Assembly: GCA_011109175.1 (NCBI GenBank) | Contig: RDEW01000019.1 | Location: forward strand, 1,081,845 to 1,125,110 | Direction of reading: 5' to 3' | From: Dicyema japonicum | Lineage: Eukaryota; Animalia; Dicyemida | Length of the DNA stretch: 43,266 bases | Shown: positions 36,030-43,266 of the stretch, piece after piece | Layout of the letters: each line of letters begins with the position of its first letter | Numbering within the stretch: the first letter of the stretch is position 1 | Position numbers and translations under genes: made by a program | The notes under the pieces: model-generated | Databases searched by the model: none | Seen by the model: the letters and a program-made list of their open reading frames with translations, nothing else | Told to the model about the DNA's origin: nothing

Positions 36030-38415
36030 TTAAAAATCATCAAACCGACGTTTCATAGCATTTCTTGAACTTATGGTCTGCTCTGCGTTCGAAATGACCT
36101 CGTCGAGCAAATCAAGTCTTCTTTCAATGTCGGCTTCGTCATACTCCCGTCTAAGCAAATAATGCACGTAAAATACGCCTCTCTGGCCTCATGGACCGTT
36201 TTTAAGGGGTGAATATCTTCAAGTGGAGTTCCGCAGCTGGGAGAAGGCTTCGTCTTGCTCAGCCATTGTTTCTCTGATTTTTTCAATCTGAGGATTATAT
36301 TTTTCCAGTCTCTTTTCGAAGAATTTCTAAAAAGAGCAATCAGGAAAAATCGCACAGAATCGGGATCATGCACAGTCTGAGCCAACTTCTGAGTCACGTC
36401 ATCGTTTACGGCTTCTTCCCTCAGAGAGTTCATCATTTCTTGCTTATTTTCTGTCAATCTCGCGATTTTGTTGGCCAATTCCTTAAAAGTGTAAACGTCA
36501 GCCATCAATTCTTCATCTTTCTATAAAGCGGTCCCAAATCAACCAATGAAGCTGGTCGGATCAGTCAAGTGATTCTTCAGCTCTCTCCTGTCCGTCAGAG
36601 TGTTCATGATGGTGATTATCTGTTCCAACGCAGTCAGTATTTGCTTGTCGCTTTCTCTGAGGGATTCGTGATTTGATTTGAGCTTTTCGAACAAACGTTT
36701 GTCGTTTTCCAGTTTCTCCTTCGAAGTGACCTTAAAGTTAATCACTAAATTACCGAAGATTTTTTCAATTCGACAAATTTAGCATCAATGTTTTTAATCC
36801 CCTCCTTAATTTGAGCCAGGACGTTTTCGAGCTCTGACTTTGCCATGAAATAATGAAACCTTCAAACTGAGAGGTCACTTTGTCGCATTTCCCGCTATTT
36901 TTGTCGGAAAAAAGCATGCATTTTGTGATTCGCTCAGAAAAGTCAGACAGACGTCCTTTAATAATGTCCTCGACTATTTTCATGTTAAATCCAGTCATGG
37001 TGTCCCTTTATCATAGAAAATATGAAATACTGGATTTTTCCGTCCTGCGCGGAAATTTCGTCTGCAATTGAACGTAGGAGCTTGGCTTTGTACTCGCTTC
37101 GATTATAACGGGGACCACCTGTAAATCGACGACATTTCATGACTTTTAAGGGAAACAAGACGGGAGAACAGGTCAGGCCCTGAGTCTTCATGCATATTCA
37201 ATCTTAATGGCTGGACAAATTTTTTACCTAAAAACTGTTAAAACAAAAAATACCAGAAACCGGATAATCCAGCGTATTGGGCACAGATTGGTAATAAACA
37301 AAATTATTCGTTTTTTCCGCAGAGTCGTGCTCCTCCTTTATTTTTGCAGATAATTTTTTTAGTTCATTAAAATCAGGTATAATTTCCTGTTAAAATTATA
37401 TTGAAACATAAATATAATCAAAAAATATTTGAATCTTAAATAAAATTTTACTTTATAGCGGGAATTTTCGCACAATTTTAATGAGCTAAGTGCGTCCTTA
37501 TAAAACCGTAGACCTCTTCCATATTGCTCAGCAGCCACTTCTCTTTGCCCATAAAAGTGATTTATTTGAGATTTGAAATAACTTCCAACTCCTTCAGCCC
37601 AGTTTGTGATAAACTACGCGTAAATTCGTGAAAAACCTGTGAAATCGACTTTTTGGTATTTTGCAGTGATATATCTTTCTTGACGTCTTCAAACTCGTTA
37701 ATAAGATGAATAATAATTAAAGGAAGTGGAGACTTTGCCGAGAAATCGTTACTGCACTTTAAGTACACGCAAATTTGGGCAAAAATCTTAAAATGATGTG
37801 AATTAAAACCAGAAATATCTTTGATAGGATACTGTAGTGCTGAGGGTTAGCTCTATACCCCAAATTTTCAGTGAAGACTGAAATAATTTCTATACAGCCG
37901 GACGATTTCTGGAATGCTATACACAAAGCTCGCAAATACTAGAAAATCAGATGTAGGGGTTAACTGAGTCTTTATCGCTAAACTCGCTTTGTTTGACGGA
38001 ATGCGGCAACATCAAAGCGACGTTGTAAAGCGCGAAGATTTCGTCCACATAAATGGTCAGATATTCGAGCTTCTCGTTAAAGGAGGTGTCGGCCCAAGAG
38101 ACTTCCTCAGTTGGAAAAATATTCATTCTAGTAGCGCGGGCTTTTAGAAATTGTAGCTGACATAAGTATTCCTTTGTTTTTTTTAAATTGCTAACATCAG
38201 GCATGCATGCGTACTGAAATTAATTAAGAAGTACTTCTCTTAGAATGTTAATGTGCTCTATTTCTGAGGAGAACGAATTTGGGTCATCTCCATAGCTAAG
38301 GACACACTGAATTGTCAAATATATTATTAACTCTTTGTATAAATCGATCAAAAGTGACAGTTGTCTCACATGAGAAAAATCCAAAGCGTCTGAAAAACAA
38401 ATTGTAATATTCCAT
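36030..38415 (-). pseudogene. PTPN23: Second HD-PTP-like copy, truncated after the V region (TAA after RRFDDF), with no proline-rich tail
   Basis: Same exons as 16869-19275, and in frame at the two sites broken in copy 1. A small replacement near 36020-36032 creates TAA, and the tail is replaced by an RLE relic. Confidence 0.75.
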
Positions 38416-40347
38416 CACAACGAAATAATAAAAAAATTTAAATTTTTGTTTTAATTTAACTTAACATTTTTGGAAATTTAAGATATTTTATTACGACAAA
38501 TTACGGTAGTGTGCTGGATTATGTAAAAAAGTCCGAAAAGAAGCTCCAAAATCACTGAACGCTGGATTTCTAGAGAGTTCCAGCCAACAATGCCTCTTGA
38601 AGACTTGATAGGAAAGACCCATGGAACGCGCCTTCGTGACTGCGAAGGTCCAGTCACTCGACCGATACTTGCTTGTGTGGGGTCGAGGGAGGAGCATCAG
38701 GCCAAGATGAGGTCCCTGCTAGAGCGTGATTTCTTAGTTTGTGTAACCGTGGTCTCTGGTGTTATTATTATGCTCTTTTTGCAAAACTCTCCGAGTTGAC
38801 AGTAAATCCTCTTTTTGAATCTCCTCAGCTAATAAACTGTTCGTCTACCATGCCAAAGTTAACCGATCTATGGGAGCTACTGTCATTTTTTGCATCCTAT
38901 TTAATAACTGATGGTCTCCTACAAGTTAGTATGGCCGAGGTTATTTAACTGACTAACTAACTATCGGCAGCGTGTAATGAGAAAAACGGAAGCCCTAATG
39001 GCACCTCCAAAGTTTCCACATTTAAAACGAGCGTATAGGAAGCGAGCAAAGGTGAAATGGATGTTTAAGGAGGCCGGGGTAACCAGACGGCCGTGTTTTC
39101 CCTGCTAATTTTTAAATAAACAAATAAGAAGGAAAGTTGGATGGAGAATACAGTAGAACGGATTGTATGGAGGAGCAAAACTCTGGATATTTTATGATTA
39201 TGGGAAAGGCGGGATATTGGTATATTCGCTAGTTAGCAATCAAACCAGTGGTTGACTTTGTGATGTAGCTCTAGCGTACTATGGAGATGCATTAGAATGT
39301 TTAATGTCTTCATGACTTCTGTTGGGATATAACCTTTCATCCGCTAACTTTGTGGAAGTTAAGTCGATATTTGAAATAACCGAGAATACTCTGGTTAATT
39401 CCCGATCTCTTAGAAAGTATGCTGCAGAGCTGGTTTCCCTTACCAGCGCTGTTCAGATAGATGTATTAATTATTAGTAAGAACAAACATAAAAAAACTCG
39501 GAATTATTAATATCCTGGGATATGATTCGATTGATATTCCTATGGCGTCCTGGTGCGATCACTGGTACAGGCACCTCTATTTTCTACAAGAAAAATATTA
39601 ATACGCTTATGTCAAAATTTATTATCTCTGTATTTTTTCTTTTGTATAGGACCTTCTCCACCAGTAAATCCTCTCTCTTCCATTTCACCACAAATCGTAC
39701 CGTCATGGACGGATGACTCCTATCGTCGAATTAATCTCCAAAATCGCATTAAACTATAATAAAAAATCAAAATTTCGACCTCTTCTATCTAGGAACCCGC
39801 CCGCGAGGTCCCTTGATTTACCGGCGATAAAATTACCGGTTACCCATTTCGAAGGTTTTTGATAGTGTCAACAACAGGAAAAAGTCTAATATTTGTGTGA
39901 ATACTAAGCGATCAAATCCATGGATCACTTACAATATCTTGGAGTGTTTGAATTCAAAGGGTCTTCTAAAGATCACATCACAGAAGGAGAAAAGCTACCG
40001 CGATGTTGAAATTCTTTCTACGACATCACTGAGTCCGGAAACTTTTTTATGTTTATACAGCTTGTGTAGAACCGTTCCTGATTTATGGCTACAAGGATGA
40101 TTTGAAATCGATGAGAGAAGTATTCTCGTGGAGCTTCTCGATAGATTGAGGAGATATGCTAATAATGACGTCTACGAACATAATGGATCCTCCAGTTGAT
40201 CACTATTACTATCGTGAGAAGAAAGCCCGCCATTTATGGGCCTTCAAACTTGTATTAAGTCAAGCCACTTGAAGATTCAATCAAGCAACCATTGACAAGC
40301 ATTTTTTAACCAAAAAATTAAAATTAAGATATATAATCAGATATTTA

Positions 40348-41999
40348 CTAAATCTTGGTAATAGACAAGGAATTATCAGATCCCCGACCCTTCGGTTTCT
40401 CCTTACTCTGCCTTAATCTATTCAGCCGTTGGTTTACAGTCATCGTCGCCTTCAATAAGACCCAAGAACAAAAACCTTCAGTTTCTTATCATTAATATGA
40501 TCACCGGGCAGATTTGATGCAGGTCTATTAATATAGTCCTTCGTTGATAGCGTGGGTGATTTAGCACGTGCAAAGACCTGTTCCGTAGGTTTGCTAACGA
40601 GTTTGCGGCTGATTTGTCAGTCGGGCTTTCAGCGGACCTAAAAAGATTATTCAGCTCAGAACCTTTTCCTCTTAGCACGTGCATGGAGCATATCCTGATA
40701 TCTTCGTTCTTCCCTGTCCATTGAGTTGTAATCCGTCGAAAGATTGAACAGAGGACGGGACCAAGAATCTGTGGTTGCGAAAACAAGCAAACCCATGATT
40801 TTCTTACATAAAATTCTGTTTTCCTTCGTTTCCTTGCTACTCCTGTACAAATACATGATCGATTTTCCGATCCGACTAATCTTAAGTATCTCCACGTCTG
40901 GGACAGGAAACTGAAGATTAAAAACATTCCTCAACATTCTCGAGAATTGGAATCAGCTGATTGCGTATTTGTAGAGTCGGAAGTGACCCATCAGGCAGAG
41001 GAGTGAGCCATTCCTACAAAATGAAATCACGTAGTTACAGCGAGTGAACTAAGAAAGCCTCCTTCTATGAAGGCAGTTTGGAGGTGTTTTCTTAAATAAA
41101 CAAAAATCTGTCACTTTTGTAGCTGAGACACGAGGTAAGGCAGCATTTGTAGCTTGCTTATGCCTGGCCTTCGATCCTTATTGGCTTCCCGATCGGCCTA
41201 AAAAATAGATAAGAAAAATGATCGAAATAAAAAATCTCAAGTTATTTATTAATTAAATTAAAAATAAATTAAATAAAAATTTTAAAAATAATAACAAATT
41301 CTACTCACCTGAGAGGCATTTATCATGTCATTTACAATTACGCTTATGTAGTCGTCATTGTCGTTTATTATATCCTCATTCGTTTTCCTTTTTCTCCTCG
41401 GAGTCTTCTGCTTTTTGAAAATTTTCATCATGGCATCAAAGTCCGTCATTTCGTCATCTCTATGAATGAACATAATGCTATACAATTCCCTGTGAGGTTC
41501 CCTTTCAGTTTTATCGGTTATTTTATTCTCTTCGACTTGATTGAATCCCTTTATTGTTAAATCGCGGCGAAAAAACCTCAAATTCGTCAGCGTCATCCTC
41601 CCCAAAGATCTCGTCTATCAATTCGTCACTAAAACATGGGTTGAGAATAATACCGATCGTATTCGATTTCGGGAGAAGCATTGCTCTCCTCAAACTCGGG
41701 GTTCTCGTTGTCACTGACGTCTGAAATTAGCATGTGACAAACCAGAAGGAAGAAAGCTCCCAACGTTGAAAAATTTCTCGTCGTCTGAGCTTTCGAGTCT
41801 AAAATAGTTAAAATTAGCCGATTATTTGATGATAATAAGAGTATTATGCGTATAGAATGGAGGTAATACCCGAAAGGAAATGATTCAACTTGATCGTCCT
41901 GATGAGGATTGGTGGGCTTTTCATCGTCGTCTGCTAAAATGAGTTAAACTTGTTACATTTAGCTTTGAAGTTTTCTTGAAAATAACTATCAGAATCCAT
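40348..41999 (-). CDS. IWS1: Second IWS1 copy
   Basis: Near-identical to 26125-27793; apparent -1 indel near 40606. Confidence 0.88.
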
Positions 42000-43266
42000 C
42001 ACAACGAACATACAGTATTTATTTAAATTTATTTACTAATTAAAAAGTATAAATATAATTTAATAAACTGGAGCCTGTTCGTCCATGCAACCTACTCCAG
42101 AGTGCTTCTGGAGCCTGTGCCACTGAGAAGGCCGACCACGGTAAAAAAAACTAAAACTAACTATCACGTGATCCCGATGCGTTCCGCCAAAATCCTCATT
42201 CTTTCCCGGTGCTCCTCCCTCGTACCCACACAAGCTCGTACTGGGCAGCTGACTGACTGTGACTGTACGAAATAAGGCTCTAAATGAATTAATGAATTTT
42301 TTTTTAAATATTAGATTTTAAAAATAAAAAAATGAACAATGCTGAATTTGTAAATGTTATTATAATTTTTTTTAAATAAAATTTTGAATTTTTACCGGCT
42401 TGTGGGGATGTGTGATACAGTTGTTATGCGAAAATGTTCAAAACTGAAGGACTACGAACTACCACATTCTGAAATGGAGTCAGTTGCCTTCCTTCAGGAG
42501 GTTGGAATCTTCCGAAAGAAAAGAAATGCCTTAAAAGACATTTGATGACCCTTCTCCATGAATTGCAAAAGAACCTTACTTTTTTTAATTTTGACGTTTT
42601 TTCTAATAGGTGATGTATATGGCTACTCTATTATGAACTCATGGTTCCTCAAAAACCACATGAAAATATCCCTGGGAAGTCGAGCACTGCGATTATCTCC
42701 TCCTACAGGAAACATACATCCTTCGGTCCAAAATTAACTTGGAATGGAGAGCTCATCCCAGTTAATAAGAACCCATCAATCCTTGGAGTTACATATGACC
42801 CGTTGATGACGTTCACACATCATGTGGACACAATAATTTCAAGAGTTCAAAAAAAGATGGGGATCCTCAAGACCTTTGCTAGATCTCCAACATCTTCACT
42901 TTCTCATCTCAAATAATTATACAAACAGTATATTCTACCGACAATGGAACATGCATGTACGGCGTGGATTACCCCCCTGTCAATATCCACACAGAACAAG
43001 TTAGATGTCATACAAAACCAATGCCTCCGGATCCTTCTTAAATGTGACAGAATGACGCCTACGTCAGAAATGAGGAACAGGCTAGATCTTAAAAAAGTTA
43101 TGGAACATCTCGGTGACGAACAACAAAAATTTTTGAAAATGGTGCAATCTTCTGGTAGCCCCCTTGAAGATGAGTTTCTTGCCTACCAGAAGGATGCTCG
43201 CAAATTTGAGATTAAACCTTCCCTTTTGAACGATCATAAAAAATTGCAGACAAAGTCGAAACAAAG

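Larger units (their letters stand above)
36002..43266 (+). repeat. Mosaic segmental duplication: 36002-40165 ~ 16869-21001; 40165-42135 ~ 25941-27887; 42134-43266 ~ 31297-32426
   Basis: Direct reading shows near-identical sequence and paired ORFs, with scattered substitutions and small indels. Junctions at gctaata|a|tgacg and aggcc|ga|ccacgg. Confidence 0.97.

Noticed and set aside
6934-43264. Many antisense or alternate-frame ORFs over TEs and genes (e.g. 8533, 8749, 9007, 10731, 17741, 22898, 26467, 30289, 43082)
   Set aside because: They are shadows of the real coding strand or frame.
1-43266. Prokaryotic systems (CRISPR array, operons, retron, DGR)
   Set aside because: No regularly spaced repeats or operon structure; the RTs are eukaryotic non-LTR type and the genes are spliced.

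Overview
This is eukaryotic, probably metazoan, nuclear DNA with a compact layout. Spliceosomal GT-AG introns are mostly 21-27 nt, so the ORF track fragments the real genes. That intron size suggests a dicyemid mesozoan or a similarly reduced parasite (inference). Recognisable host genes: a Myc/Max-family bHLH-ZIP gene with a probable decayed paralogue, MRPS34, a Bro1-V-proline-rich HD-PTP/PTPN23-like gene (2 copies), an HSD17B10-like SDR lacking the catalytic YxxxK, and IWS1 (2 copies). Much of the rest is transposon debris. This includes one near full-length APE-RT LINE with an N-terminal 2A/StopGo motif, many 5'-truncated relatives, RTE-like elements, three RLE-endonuclease (CRE/Hero-like) relics, Merlin and pogo/Tigger transposase relics, and a tRNA-derived SINE-like element. 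Positions 36002-43266 are a near-identical copy of three blocks from 16.9-32.4 kb, joined at 1-2 nt microhomologies with 4.9 kb and 3.4 kb missing. Short, nearly pure-AT islands punctuate the window, and both genes and TE stubs usually start at them and read outward. Many 1-nt indels in otherwise conserved genes may be assembly errors. All family calls come from motif recognition by eye; no searches were run, and many boundaries are approximate.
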